Assembly (NCBI GenBank): GCA_036490015.1
Contig: DASXER010000076.1
Coordinates: 9,480 to 73,479, forward strand
Origin: Solirubrobacteraceae bacterium
GTDB lineage: Bacteria; Actinomycetota; Thermoleophilia; Solirubrobacterales; Solirubrobacteraceae
DNA: 64,000 bases
Reading direction: 5' to 3'
Shown here: positions 55,313 to 64,000 of the stretch, piece after piece
How the letters are laid out: each line of letters begins with the position of its first letter
How positions within the stretch are numbered: the first letter of the stretch is position 1
Notes under the pieces: generated by a model
Seen by the model: only the letters and a program-made list of their open reading frames with translations
The model's database searches: none
What the model was told of the DNA's origin: nothing
Program-made: the position numbers and the translations under genes

Positions 55313-56902
55313 ATGCCGGCCCAAGCCACAACCCTCCCAGGGCGGGGAGGATCCGGGAATGATGGTCTGCTCGCACGGCTGAGGCGGTTGAGCGCGAGCG
55401 GGGAGATGAGCCGCTCCGACGCCTGGCTGGGCGGCGTGTCGCTCGCGGCGATCGTGCTGCTGAGCCTGTTCGTCGTGATGATGGCCGCCAATCGTCCGAG
55501 CCTGCTCTCGCCGGTCGCGCACGCCAACTTCTACCCCCACTGGATGGCGGGCCCGCTCGGCGGCCTGCTGCCGGGCCTGACGCGCAGCTCGAAGGCCATC
55601 AAGTACCTCTTCAGCGGCTCGGTCGTGGTGATGTACGTCGGCTACCTGACGATCCTCGCGCGCGCCCCCCGGCTGCCGGTGCGCTGGGTGCTGGGCGCGA
55701 TCCTCGCCGTGCACGTGATCTTCGTGCTCGCCCCGCCGCTGGCCCTGACCGACCTCTTCAACTACGTCAACTACGGCCGCATGGAGGTCGTCCACAACCT
55801 CAACCCGTACACGAGCATTCCGATCCTCGAGCCGCACAGCGATCCCAGCTTCGCGCTCAGCAACTGGCACGAGCTGCTCAGCCCGTACGGCCCGCTGTTC
55901 ACCTACCTGACCTTCGCCGTCGTCCCGCTCGGGGTGGCGGGATCGTTCTGGGCGCTGAAGGTGGTCCTGGCGCTTTCCAGCCTGTCGATCATCGCGCTGG
56001 TGTGGCATTGCGCGAAGCTGCTCGGCCGCAATCAGGTACGCGCCGTCGCGATCGTGGGGCTGAACCCGGTGGTGCTCGTGTGGGGCCTCGGCGGCGATCA
56101 CAACGACTTCCTGATGGTCCTGTTCATCATGCTCGGCTTTTACCTGTTGCTCGTCGACCGGCTACGGGTGCGCGAGGCCCCGGCGCACGAGGCCCCGGCG
56201 GACGAGGTAGCGCTGTCCGGCTGGCACGCCTGGCGCGCCCACCTCTCCGCCCCCGAGATCTTCGCCGGCGCCGCGTTCGTGACGGCGGCGGCGATCAAGG
56301 CCTCCGGGGCGGTGCTGATCCCGGTCGTGCTGGCGAGCGTGCTGCGTCGTCGCCGCGCGCTGTGGCAGGTGCTCGGCGGCATGGTCGTCGCGGGCATCCT
56401 GCTCGGCGCCCTGAGCGTGGCCGCCTTCGGCTTGCACGTGCCGGACTTGAGCACGCAGAGCAAGCTCGTCACTGGCGAGAGCCTGCCGAACCTGCTTGGG
56501 CTCGCGATCGGCGCGGGGGGTGAGAGCGAAACGCTTCACCACCTGCTCAGCGGCGTGCTCGTGCTGAGCGTGCTCGGCTGCTGTTGGATCGCCTATCGCG
56601 CCGGCGACGCGTCCGTCGGCGTCGACGACGACCGCGCGATGGCCGCGGCGGGCTGGGCCAGCATCGCGCTGCTCGTGACGTTGAGCTGGGTGCTGCCCTG
56701 GTACGTGCTGTGGGTGCTGCCGCTGACCGCCCTTTCCAGCTCCAAGCGGCTGCGGCGGGCGAGCCTCGTGTTCGGCGCCTACCTGATCATCGCCTGGGCG
56801 CCGGCCTCCGGCCTGCTGTGGAACGCGATCGGCTTCCATCCCGAGAACACCTCGCTCGGGCGCTTGCATCAGCGCATCGTGCGCGAGCTGCTGAACTTCT
56901 AG
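55313..56902 (+). CDS. GT-C polyprenol-phosphomannose-dependent mannosyltransferase (MptA/MptB/GT87-like); start uncertain
   Basis: LTDLFNYVNYGR, NPY, SPYGPLF, LNP...GGDHND, IK and PWY..W, with many TMs. Confidence 0.8.
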   Translation: MPAQATTLPGRGGSGNDGLLARLRRLSASGEMSRSDAWLGGVSLAAIVLLSLFVVMMAANRPSLLSPVAHANFYPHWMAGPLGGLLPGLTRSSKAIKYLFSGSVVVMYVGYLTILARAPRLPVRWVLGAILAVHVIFVLAPPLALTDLFNYVNYGRMEVVHNLNPYTSIPILEPHSDPSFALSNWHELLSPYGPLFTYLTFAVVPLGVAGSFWALKVVLALSSLSIIALVWHCAKLLGRNQVRAVAIVGLNPVVLVWGLGGDHNDFLMVLFIMLGFYLLLVDRLRVREAPAHEAPADEVALSGWHAWRAHLSAPEIFAGAAFVTAAAIKASGAVLIPVVLASVLRRRRALWQVLGGMVVAGILLGALSVAAFGLHVPDLSTQSKLVTGESLPNLLGLAIGAGGESETLHHLLSGVLVLSVLGCCWIAYRAGDASVGVDDDRAMAAAGWASIALLVTLSWVLPWYVLWVLPLTALSSSKRLRRASLVFGAYLIIAWAPASGLLWNAIGFHPENTSLGRLHQRIVRELLNF

Positions 56903-56907
56903 ACCAT

Positions 56908-57345
56908 CTAGTCCTCGGTGCCGGGTGGGCGGCGCTCGGTCTTGCGCTGGGAGGCGCGGCGCTTGGCGTCCAGGCGCCTGGTGCGCGAGGCCTTCGTCGG
57001 ACGGGTCGGGCGCCGCTCGCGCTCGACCTCCAGCGCGCGTCCGAGGCGCTCGGCGAGACGACGCAGCGCCAGCTCGCGGTTCCGTCCCTGCGAGCGCTCG
57101 TCCTGGGCCACGGCCACTACCCGCTCGCCCGCTCGCTCCAGCACACGCTGACGCTGAGACTCGCTCAGCGACTGGGAGGCGAGCACGTCGAAGACCGCTT
57201 CCACGCGCGAGGCGGTCACGTTCGCGTGCTGGCCGCCAGGGCCCGAGGAGCGGCTGGCGCGCAGGGTTATCTCGGCCAGCGGTATCGCCGGGCCGCCCGG
57301 CACCGCAAGGTGTCGCTCGGGGGCCTCTTCAGCCGGCGTGCTCAT
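56908..57345 (-). CDS. arfB: Alternative ribosome-rescue peptidyl-tRNA hydrolase
   Basis: SRSSGPGGQHANVT, QDERSQGRNR and a basic tail RRPTRPTKAS..RRL..K. Confidence 0.93.
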   Translation of the reverse strand: MSTPAEEAPERHLAVPGGPAIPLAEITLRASRSSGPGGQHANVTASRVEAVFDVLASQSLSESQRQRVLERAGERVVAVAQDERSQGRNRELALRRLAERLGRALEVERERRPTRPTKASRTRRLDAKRRASQRKTERRPPGTED

Positions 57346-57769
57346 CGGCGATCGGCTGGACGCGCTGTTCGGCGGTGGCGCTCTCGGGCACGCGCCCGTC
57401 GCGCCCGATATAGCCGTCCTTGCCGCCCACGCAGAGATAGACCGCGTCCGTTGTGCCGCGGTTGCGGATCTTGCGTACGGTCGCGGCGTCGACGCGGATC
57501 AGCTCGCCCTCTCCCAGCGGCTCGACGGTGCCGTCGCCGAACTCCATCTCGATCTGCCCGCGGTGGACGAAGTACAGCTCCTCTTGCACGTCGTGGAAAT
57601 GAAAGCCGGTCTCGATCCCGGCCGGCAGCACGATCGCGTTGACGCCGAAGGCGCTCACGTCGAGCCCCTTGCGGACCTTGCGAAAGCCGGGCCCCTCACC
57701 GAGGTCGTCGAGGTGACCGGCGGCATAGCCCTCGCCGCGCCTCACCTTTGGGTAGTCAGCCATAGCCAT
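57329..57769 (-). CDS. Cupin-domain protein
   Basis: HFHDVQEELYFVHRG motif. Confidence 0.8.
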   Translation of the reverse strand: MAMADYPKVRRGEGYAAGHLDDLGEGPGFRKVRKGLDVSAFGVNAIVLPAGIETGFHFHDVQEELYFVHRGQIEMEFGDGTVEPLGEGELIRVDAATVRKIRNRGTTDAVYLCVGGKDGYIGRDGRVPESATAEQRVQPIADEHAG

Positions 57770-57785
57770 CGCCAATGCTCCTCTC

Positions 57786-58145
57786 TCAGTGGTCCGCAAC
57801 GATGCCGCCCTCGGGTGAGAGCGGTCGTCCCTCGGCGGCCCAGCGCGTCAGGCCGCCCGCCATTGAATAGGCCTCCAGGCCGGAGGCACGCAGGGCCTGT
57901 GCCGCCATCAGCGAGCGCGCGCCGACGCGGCAGTAGAAGACGACCGGACGCGCCGCGTCGAGCGAGCCGGCCGCTCCCGAAAGATCGCCGAGCGGGATGT
58001 GCCGCGTCCCCGCCATGTACCCCGCCTCACGCTCGTAGGGCTCGCGCACGTCGACCACTTGCAGGTCGGGCTCACGCGCGCGCCACTCGGCTAGCGAGGT
58101 GGGGTCGATCTCGATCGGCGATCCAGCGGCGGCGTCGGGGCTCAT
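57786..58145 (-). CDS. Rhodanese-like domain protein
   Basis: VDVREPYE...HIP...VVFYCRVGARS...MAGGL..W. Confidence 0.88.
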   Translation of the reverse strand: MSPDAAAGSPIEIDPTSLAEWRAREPDLQVVDVREPYEREAGYMAGTRHIPLGDLSGAAGSLDAARPVVFYCRVGARSLMAAQALRASGLEAYSMAGGLTRWAAEGRPLSPEGGIVADH

Positions 58146-58173
58146 CAAATGTGAGCCTAGCGACGGGTGTCTC

Positions 58174-58410
58174 TCAGTACAGCGGCGGTTCTTCGCGTGG
58201 GTCGCGTTCCACAAGGCGCTCGCGCACGGCGCCTTCGCGGCGCGGGCGCCAGGCCATCATGTAGAGCAGCGAGAGCACGGCGCCGGCGATGCCGGCGAGC
58301 ATCAGGATCAGGCCGATCGTCGGGATCGAAACGCCGGAGACGCGGTCGGTGACCGCATAACGCAGGATCGCACCGACGGCGATCAGGAATATGGAGCTGC
58401 CTAGGGTCAT
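58174..58410 (-). CDS. Small two-TM actinobacterial membrane protein (DUF6458-like)
   Basis: MTLGSSIFLIAVGAILRYAV...IGLILMLAG. Confidence 0.7.
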   Translation of the reverse strand: MTLGSSIFLIAVGAILRYAVTDRVSGVSIPTIGLILMLAGIAGAVLSLLYMMAWRPRREGAVRERLVERDPREEPPLY

Positions 58411-58504
58411 GAATCAAGAGCTACCCAGGCTGCGGCCGCGAAAACGTCCACTCGACGGCTTGGGGTCCGCGACGGACGCGATCCATCACTAGGATCACTG
58501 TCCA

Positions 58505-59650
58505 ATGGAGGCAGTCGGCGACGTATACACAATCCCTCAGGAGCACCTCGACTTCTGCGCCACGATCGGCCAGATAGCGAAGGAGCGGATCGCTCCGCGC
58601 TCGGCCGAGATCGACGAGAAGGCCGCCTACCCGTGGGACATCCGCAAGCTGCTGGCCGAACAGGACATCCTCGGCCTGCCGTTCGGAACCGAGTACGGCG
58701 GCACGGGAACCGGGACGTTGATGCTCAACATGGCCGTCGAGGAGATCGCCAAGGTCGACGCGGCCTGCGCGCTGATCTTGATGGTCCAAGAGCTGGGCAC
58801 GCTGCCGATCCAGCTGTTCGGCAGCGACGAGCTCAAGGAACGTTTTCTGCCGGGCTGCGCCAGTGGCGAGCACTCGCCGGCGTTTGCGCTGTCCGAGCCC
58901 GAGGCGGGCTCCGACCCCGCCGGGATGAAGACCACGGCCGTCAAAGACGGCGACGAGTGGGTCATCAACGGCACCAAGAACTGGATCACGAACCTCGGCG
59001 TGGCGGACTTCTACATTTGTTTCGCGGTCACCGACCGCGAGACCCGTCGCATGACGGCCTTCGTCGTCGAGGCCGACCGTCCCGGCTTCAGCGTCGGCAA
59101 GTTGGAGCACAAGCTCGGCATTCGCGCTTCGCCGACCGGGCAGCCGATCTTCGAGGACGTGCGTGTGCCCGAGGCGAACGTGATCGGCGAGGTCGGCAGA
59201 GGCCTGTCGGTCGCGCTCGGCACGCTCGAGCGCACGCGTCTTGGCGCGGCCGCTCAGGCAGTCGGCATCGCGCAGGGGGCGACCGATTACGCCGTCGCCT
59301 ATGCCCGCGAACGTCAGCAGTTCGGCAAGCCGATCAACGAGTTCCAGGGCATCGGCTTCAAGCTCGCCGACATGGAGACGCGTACCGCCGCCGCGCGCGA
59401 GCTGCTCTACAAGGCGTGCGCGATGGCCGACCAGGACCACCCCGAGAAAGGCAAGTACTCCTCGATGGCCAAGGTGTTCTGCTCGGACACCGCGATGGCC
59501 GTCACGGTCGAGGCCGTGCAGGTGCTCGGTGGCTACGGTTATGTCAAGGAGTACCCGGTCGAGCGCATGATGAGAGACGCCAAGATCACGCAGATCTACG
59601 AGGGCACGAACGAGATCCAGCGTGTCGTGATCGCACGTACGCTGAAATAG
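58505..59650 (+). CDS. Acyl-CoA dehydrogenase
   Basis: FALSEPEAGSD, NGTKNWITN, RQQFGKPI, QVLGGYGY and IYEGTNEIQR. Confidence 0.95.
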   Translation: MEAVGDVYTIPQEHLDFCATIGQIAKERIAPRSAEIDEKAAYPWDIRKLLAEQDILGLPFGTEYGGTGTGTLMLNMAVEEIAKVDAACALILMVQELGTLPIQLFGSDELKERFLPGCASGEHSPAFALSEPEAGSDPAGMKTTAVKDGDEWVINGTKNWITNLGVADFYICFAVTDRETRRMTAFVVEADRPGFSVGKLEHKLGIRASPTGQPIFEDVRVPEANVIGEVGRGLSVALGTLERTRLGAAAQAVGIAQGATDYAVAYARERQQFGKPINEFQGIGFKLADMETRTAAARELLYKACAMADQDHPEKGKYSSMAKVFCSDTAMAVTVEAVQVLGGYGYVKEYPVERMMRDAKITQIYEGTNEIQRVVIARTLK

Positions 59651-59658
59651 GTGACGTG

Positions 59659-60309
59659 ATGAGCGGACCACCCTCGCCAGGCTCCTCCGGACCCCTGCGG
59701 CGGGTTGGATTCGCGGCGCTGGTGGCGATGTCTGTCGGGCTGGTCGTGCTCGTCGTCGGGCAGGGCTTCAGCTCGATCGGCGCGGTGCGGGCGCTGGAGG
59801 ACATCGCGCTCGGCGTGATCGTCGCTGCGGCGCTGATGGGCAGCGTCGCGTTCGTGGCCGTGCGGCTCGCGGGTTGGCGCGACCCGGAGTCCGAGTCAGA
59901 GTTCGAAGAGATCGTGCGCAACTCCGAGCACTTGGCTCGCGAAGGCTTGACCGTCGCCCCCGACGAAAGCGAATTCATGGAGCTGGACCCGCTCGACGAC
60001 CACGACTTCGAGGAGCTGGTGCGCGACGCGCTCGACGATCTGCCGGACCTGCTGCGCAACGCGCTCGCACACGTGGCGGTCGTGATCTCCGACGGCGGCC
60101 GCCGCGTCGGTGCCTACGGCATGTACGAAGGCGACGGTGCGACGCGCGACAACACACACGACCGCATCGTCGTCTTCCGTGACACGCTGCGACGCGACTT
60201 CGGCCACGACCCCGACGAGCTGCGCGACCAGGTCACACGCACCGTCCGCCACGAGCTCGCCCACCACGTCGGCTTCGACGAGCTCGGCGTCAGCCGCCTC
60301 GACCTCTAG
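59659..60309 (+). CDS. Membrane-anchored minimal zincin metallopeptidase-family protein
   Basis: Two TMs, then FEELVRDALDDLP...YGMYEG...DRIVVFR...TVRHELAHHVG (HExxH). Confidence 0.8.
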   Translation: MSGPPSPGSSGPLRRVGFAALVAMSVGLVVLVVGQGFSSIGAVRALEDIALGVIVAAALMGSVAFVAVRLAGWRDPESESEFEEIVRNSEHLAREGLTVAPDESEFMELDPLDDHDFEELVRDALDDLPDLLRNALAHVAVVISDGGRRVGAYGMYEGDGATRDNTHDRIVVFRDTLRRDFGHDPDELRDQVTRTVRHELAHHVGFDELGVSRLDL

Positions 60310-60318
60310 CCATTCCAG

Positions 60319-61335
60319 ATGGCCGCTCCGTCATCGGGACGGGTGCCCGACTTCTTCCTCGTCGGGCATCAGAAGTGCGGCACCACGGCTCTGCATCTGA
60401 TGCTGGGCCAGCACCCCCGCATCTTCATGCCGGCGGTCAAGGAGCCGCGCTTCTTCGCCACCGACCTGCGCTCGCGTTTCGCGCAGGCCGACGCGGGGGC
60501 GGGGGCGGGGCCAGCTGCTCCGGCGGGGCGCCCGACGACGTTGGAGGGCTACATGGCGCTGTATGCCGCTGCCGCGCCCGGGCAATTGGCGGGCGATGCT
60601 TCCGCCACCTACCTGCGCTCGAAGGCCGCGGCCGCCGGGATCGCCGAAGTGCAGCCCGGCGCGCGTATCGTCGCCGTCTTCCGCGAGCCGGCCAGCTACC
60701 TGCGTTCGCTGCACCTGCAGCTGCTGCAGAGCAACGTCGAGGACGAGCGCGATCTGCGACGCGCGCTCGAGCTGGAGACGATGCGGCGCGATGGGCGCCG
60801 CATCCCGGCTCACTCGCACCACCCCGAGGCGTTGATGTACTCGGAGCATGTCCGCTACACGGAGCAGCTCGAACGCTTCCACGCGGCCTTCCCGCGCGAG
60901 CAGGTGCTGGCGCTGATCTACGAGGACTTCAAGCGCGACAACATGGCCACCTTCGAGCAGATCCTGCGCTTCCTCGACCTCGACCTCGACGACGCCGAGC
61001 GGGCCATCGCTGCGATCGAGCCGGTGCGCACGCGCCCGGTGCGCGAAAGCCGCAGCGCGACGCTGCACCGCATGGTCGCCCGCGTGCGTCTGGCGGGCCG
61101 CGCCCCGGAGCGCGTCGGTCCACTGGCGCGCGCGGCCGCCGCAATGGTGCCCGCCGCGATGCGCAGTCCCGAGTTCTCGAACCGCTGGCGCCGGGCGGTA
61201 TATGCCGAGCAACGCGCGCCCGACGAGCTGCTGATGCGCGAGCTGCGCGTCCGCTTTCGCCCCCAGGTCGAGGCCTTCGGCTCGTACATCGGCCGCGACC
61301 TGGTTGATCTGTGGGGTTACGCACAGGACGCCTGA
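60319..61335 (+). CDS. PAPS-dependent sulfotransferase (type A, paralog 5, outside the main cluster)
   Basis: PDFFLVGHQKCGTTAL, KEPRFF, FREPASYLRSLHLQ and LWGY. Confidence 0.9.
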   Translation: MAAPSSGRVPDFFLVGHQKCGTTALHLMLGQHPRIFMPAVKEPRFFATDLRSRFAQADAGAGAGPAAPAGRPTTLEGYMALYAAAAPGQLAGDASATYLRSKAAAAGIAEVQPGARIVAVFREPASYLRSLHLQLLQSNVEDERDLRRALELETMRRDGRRIPAHSHHPEALMYSEHVRYTEQLERFHAAFPREQVLALIYEDFKRDNMATFEQILRFLDLDLDDAERAIAAIEPVRTRPVRESRSATLHRMVARVRLAGRAPERVGPLARAAAAMVPAAMRSPEFSNRWRRAVYAEQRAPDELLMRELRVRFRPQVEAFGSYIGRDLVDLWGYAQDA

Positions 61336-61396
61336 AGGGGCCGCCACTCGCCTAAGATTCTCCGCGACACCAGCCAACCGCAAGGAGAGCCGCAGA

Positions 61397-62590
61397 ATGC
61401 CTGAAGCAGTCATCGTCGATGCAGTTCGCACCCCGATCGGGCGCGCCGTCAAGGGGTCGCTCAAATCGGTCCGCGCGGACGACCTCGCGGCGGTGCCGCT
61501 GAAGGCTCTGCTCGAGCGCAACCCGCAGCTCGACTCCAGCTCGATCGTGGACGTGATGATGGGCTGCGGCTTCGCCGAGGGCGAGTCCGGCTACAACATC
61601 GGCCGCAACGCGACGCTGCTGGCGGGCATCGATCACCACGTGGCCGGCACGACCGTCAACCGCTTCTGCGCGTCGTCGCTGCAGACGACGCGCATGGCCT
61701 TCCACGCGATCAAGGCCGGCGAGGGCGACACCTACGTGGCGGCCGGCGTCGAGGCCGTCTCGCGCGCCGGGCAGGGCGCGCCGTTCGAATTCCACCCGCA
61801 GCTCGACGGCTCGGAGAACTCGATCTACAACGTCTACATCCCGATGGGCCTGACGGCCGAGAACGTGGCCGAGCGCTGCAAGGTCAGCCGCGAGGCGCAG
61901 GACGAGTGGGCCGCGCTCTCGCAGGCGCGCGCGGTCGAAGCGCAGGAGTCCGGCCACTTCGACGTCGAGATCGTGCCGGTCACGGCGCCGGCCCACAAGG
62001 ACAAGGACCGCGAAGGCAACGAGATCGACGTACCCGAGCAGGTCGTGAGGAAGGACGACGGCCCGCGCCCCGGTACGACGGCTGAGAAGCTCGCGCAGCT
62101 GAAGCCGGCCTTCAAGCCCGACGGGACGGTCACGGCCGGCAACGCGTGTCCGCTCAACGATGGCGCGGCGGCGCTGCTGATCATGACGCCCGAGCGGGCG
62201 CAGGAGCTGGGGCTGAAGCCGAAAGTCCGGATCATCGCCTCGACCGTCGCAGCCCTCCGCCCGGAGATCATGGGCCTCGGCCCGATCCCGGCGATCGAGA
62301 AACTGCTCGCGCAGACGAAAATGACGATGGGCGACATCGACGTCGTCGAGATCAACGAGGCTTTCGCGGCGCAGATCGTGCCGTGCAAGGAGGACTTGAA
62401 GATCCCGGAGGAGAAGCTCAACCCGTTCGGCGGCGCGATCGCCCTCGGCCACCCGTTCGGCATGACCGGCGCGCGCATCATGACGACGCTGATCAACGAC
62501 CTGGAGACGCTCGACGGGACATTCGGCATCGAGTCGATGTGCGTCGCCGGCGGCATGGGCATGGCCATGCTCGTCGAACGGCTCTCCTAG
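61397..62590 (+). CDS. Acetyl-CoA C-acyltransferase (thiolase)
   Basis: TVNRFCASS, TAGNACPLNDGA, EINEAFA, GGAIALGHPFG and MCVAGGMG. AAGGAG SD. Confidence 0.95.
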   Translation: MPEAVIVDAVRTPIGRAVKGSLKSVRADDLAAVPLKALLERNPQLDSSSIVDVMMGCGFAEGESGYNIGRNATLLAGIDHHVAGTTVNRFCASSLQTTRMAFHAIKAGEGDTYVAAGVEAVSRAGQGAPFEFHPQLDGSENSIYNVYIPMGLTAENVAERCKVSREAQDEWAALSQARAVEAQESGHFDVEIVPVTAPAHKDKDREGNEIDVPEQVVRKDDGPRPGTTAEKLAQLKPAFKPDGTVTAGNACPLNDGAAALLIMTPERAQELGLKPKVRIIASTVAALRPEIMGLGPIPAIEKLLAQTKMTMGDIDVVEINEAFAAQIVPCKEDLKIPEEKLNPFGGAIALGHPFGMTGARIMTTLINDLETLDGTFGIESMCVAGGMGMAMLVERLS

Positions 62591-62607
62591 AAGACGGTTT
62601 TTTATGG

Positions 62608-62627
62608 GGGCCGCCTAGGGGCGGCCC
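62608..62627. terminator. Hairpin between the convergent thiolase and SDR genes
   Basis: GGGCCGCC-TAGG-GGCGGCCC. No properly placed U-tract. Confidence 0.35.
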
Positions 62628-62693
62628 TCGTCGTTTCGCGCGGCGCTTCGCCCGCGCGTCGTGGGGCCGGCCTGTGCCGGCCTCAGGGGTTTC

Positions 62694-63458
62694 TCAGCGC
62701 GGCGGCATCCGCAGCGCGCCGTCGAGCCGGATCGTCTCGCCGTTGAGCATCCGGTTCTCGACGATCTGGACGGCCAGTTGGCCGTACTCGGCTGGCTGGC
62801 CGAGGCGCTGCGGGTAGGGCACGCCGGCGCCGAGCTTCTGCCGTGCCTCCTCGGGCAGGGCGGCGAGCAGCGGCGTGTCGAACAGGCCTGGGGCGATCGT
62901 GTTGACGCGAATCCCGTACTGGGCTAGGTCGCGTGCTGCGGGCAGCGTCATGCCGACTACGCCGCCCTTGGAGGCCGAGTAGGAGATCTGCCCGACCTGA
63001 CCGTCGAAGGCGGCTATCGAGGCGGTGTTGACGCAGACGCCGCGCTCTGAGTCGTCGAGCGGCTCGGTTCCGATCATCGCCGTGGCGGCGAAGCGCAGCA
63101 CGTTGAAGGTGCCGATCAGGTTGATCTGGATGATCGTCTCGAACGGCAGCAGGTCGTGCGGTCCCTTGGAGCTCGCGACCTTCTGCGCCCAACCGGTGCC
63201 GGCGCAGCAGACGGAGATCCGCAGCCCGCCGTGGGTCGACGCGGCGGCCTGCTCTACGGCGGCCCGCACCTGCTCCTCCTCGCGCACGTCGCAGGCGACG
63301 AAGCCGGCGCCCAGCTCGTGCGCGACCGCCTGGCCCCTCTCGGCGTTGACGTCGGCGATCGTCAGCACCGCGCCGCGCTCGTGCAGCGCGCGCGCCGTGG
63401 CCTCGCCGAGGCCCGAGGCGCCGCCGACGACGATTGCTGCGCTGCCTTCGATCTGCAT
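62694..63458 (-). CDS. SDR family oxidoreductase (type II 3-hydroxyacyl-CoA dehydrogenase-like)
   Basis: [31 protein letters not shown] and [14 protein letters not shown]. Confidence 0.92.
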   Translation of the reverse strand: MQIEGSAAIVVGGASGLGEATARALHERGAVLTIADVNAERGQAVAHELGAGFVACDVREEEQVRAAVEQAAASTHGGLRISVCCAGTGWAQKVASSKGPHDLLPFETIIQINLIGTFNVLRFAATAMIGTEPLDDSERGVCVNTASIAAFDGQVGQISYSASKGGVVGMTLPAARDLAQYGIRVNTIAPGLFDTPLLAALPEEARQKLGAGVPYPQRLGQPAEYGQLAVQIVENRMLNGETIRLDGALRMPPR

Positions 63459-63495
63459 GGGCGGGAGCCTACCCGCAAATGGTGGACGCCCGACT

Positions 63496-64000
63496 CTAGG
63501 CGGGGCGTGCGAGCGACAGCGCGAAGCGGCCGTCGGCGTCTGTCAGCAGGTTGCTCAGCTCCAGGCCCGCGGCCGCGAGATCGCCCGCGATGCGCTCTCC
63601 TGTGAACTTGGCGCTGATCTCGGTGCGCATTTCCTCGCCCTCGGCGAAGTGCACGGCCAGATCGAGCGCGACGACGTTGGCCGTCAGCTTGCGCCGCGCA
63701 CGCAGGCGCATCTCGATCCACTCGTTGTCCTCGTCGTAGATCGCGACGTGCTCGAAGTCGGCGGGGTCGAAGTCCGCGTTCAGCTCGCGGTTCAGCACGA
63801 CCAGGACGTTGCGGTTGAACTCGGCCGTGACGCCCTCGGAGTCGTCGTAGGCGGCGCGCAGGACGGCGGGGTCCTTGACGAGGTCGGTGCCCATCAACAG
63901 GTGATCCTCAGGGCCGAGCAGGCTCGCCAGCGAGCGCAGGAAGCGCCTCCGGCTGCCGGGCGGGAAGTTGCCGATCGTGCCGCCGAGGAAGGCGACGACG
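63496..64000 (-). CDS. egtD: L-histidine N-alpha-methyltransferase (ergothioneine pathway), 3' part; the gene starts beyond the window
   Basis: [16 protein letters not shown]...[21 protein letters not shown] and RTEISAKF. Confidence 0.9.
   Translation of the reverse strand, partial: VVAFLGGTIGNFPPGSRRRFLRSLASLLGPEDHLLMGTDLVKDPAVLRAAYDDSEGVTAEFNRNVLVVLNRELNADFDPADFEHVAIYDEDNEWIEMRLRARRKLTANVVALDLAVHFAEGEEMRTEISAKFTGERIAGDLAAAGLELSNLLTDADGRFALSLARPA

Noticed and set aside
218-63739. Numerous long alternative-frame and antisense ORFs (e.g. 2052-4196, 2965-5199, 38593-40557, 42368-44104, 50196-51917)
   Set aside because: Arg/Ala/Pro-rich shadows expected at high GC; they overlap genes with clear family motifs and have none of their own.
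57786-64000. Rhodanese and egtD as parts of the sulfation system
   Set aside because: Both are common actinobacterial genes in a housekeeping neighbourhood with different sulfur chemistry; nothing links them beyond proximity.
1-64000. CRISPR arrays, rRNA, tRNA, IS elements, prophage or defence genes
   Set aside because: I saw no spaced repeats, RNA-gene signatures, or transposase, integrase, phage or nuclease motifs; intergenic gaps are short. Small ncRNAs cannot be excluded by eye.

Overview
High-GC, gene-dense bacterial window. Gene content and protein style point to an actinobacterium of the Thermoleophilia/Solirubrobacterales type (inference, not checked). Four blocks: (1) 1-11.1 kb, a run of large, very Glu-rich exported proteins ending in an orphan, apparently secreted PstS-type phosphate-binding protein. 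(2) About 11.2-44.4 kb, a ~33 kb surface-glycan cluster: priming sugar-phosphotransferase, Wzc-like co-polymerase with a degenerate kinase, Wzy/WaaL-like membrane protein, MsbA/PglK-type ABC exporter, 7 GT4-like genes (8 domains), 2 methyltransferases, 6 PAPS-dependent sulfotransferases of two subtypes, a TauE-family transporter, a secreted clan-A glycoside hydrolase and a CysD/CysNC PAPS supply. A 7th sulfotransferase lies at 60.3 kb. This is the best candidate for an undescribed system: a heavily sulfated, methylated cell-surface polysaccharide. (3) 44.4-53 kb, envelope genes: a three-gene zinc-ribbon operon with a probable pseudo-phosphoesterase, a PHP-GT4 fusion with a deacetylase-like gene, and uppP. 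PHO-box-like 11-bp repeats precede pstS, the zinc-ribbon operon and the PHP-GT4 gene. (4) 53-64 kb, mostly housekeeping (mscS, RibD-like, csp, GT-C mannosyltransferase, arfB, acyl-CoA dehydrogenase, thiolase, SDR, partial egtD). I saw no rRNA, tRNA, CRISPR or mobile element. All product calls come from motif recognition by eye; no searches were run.
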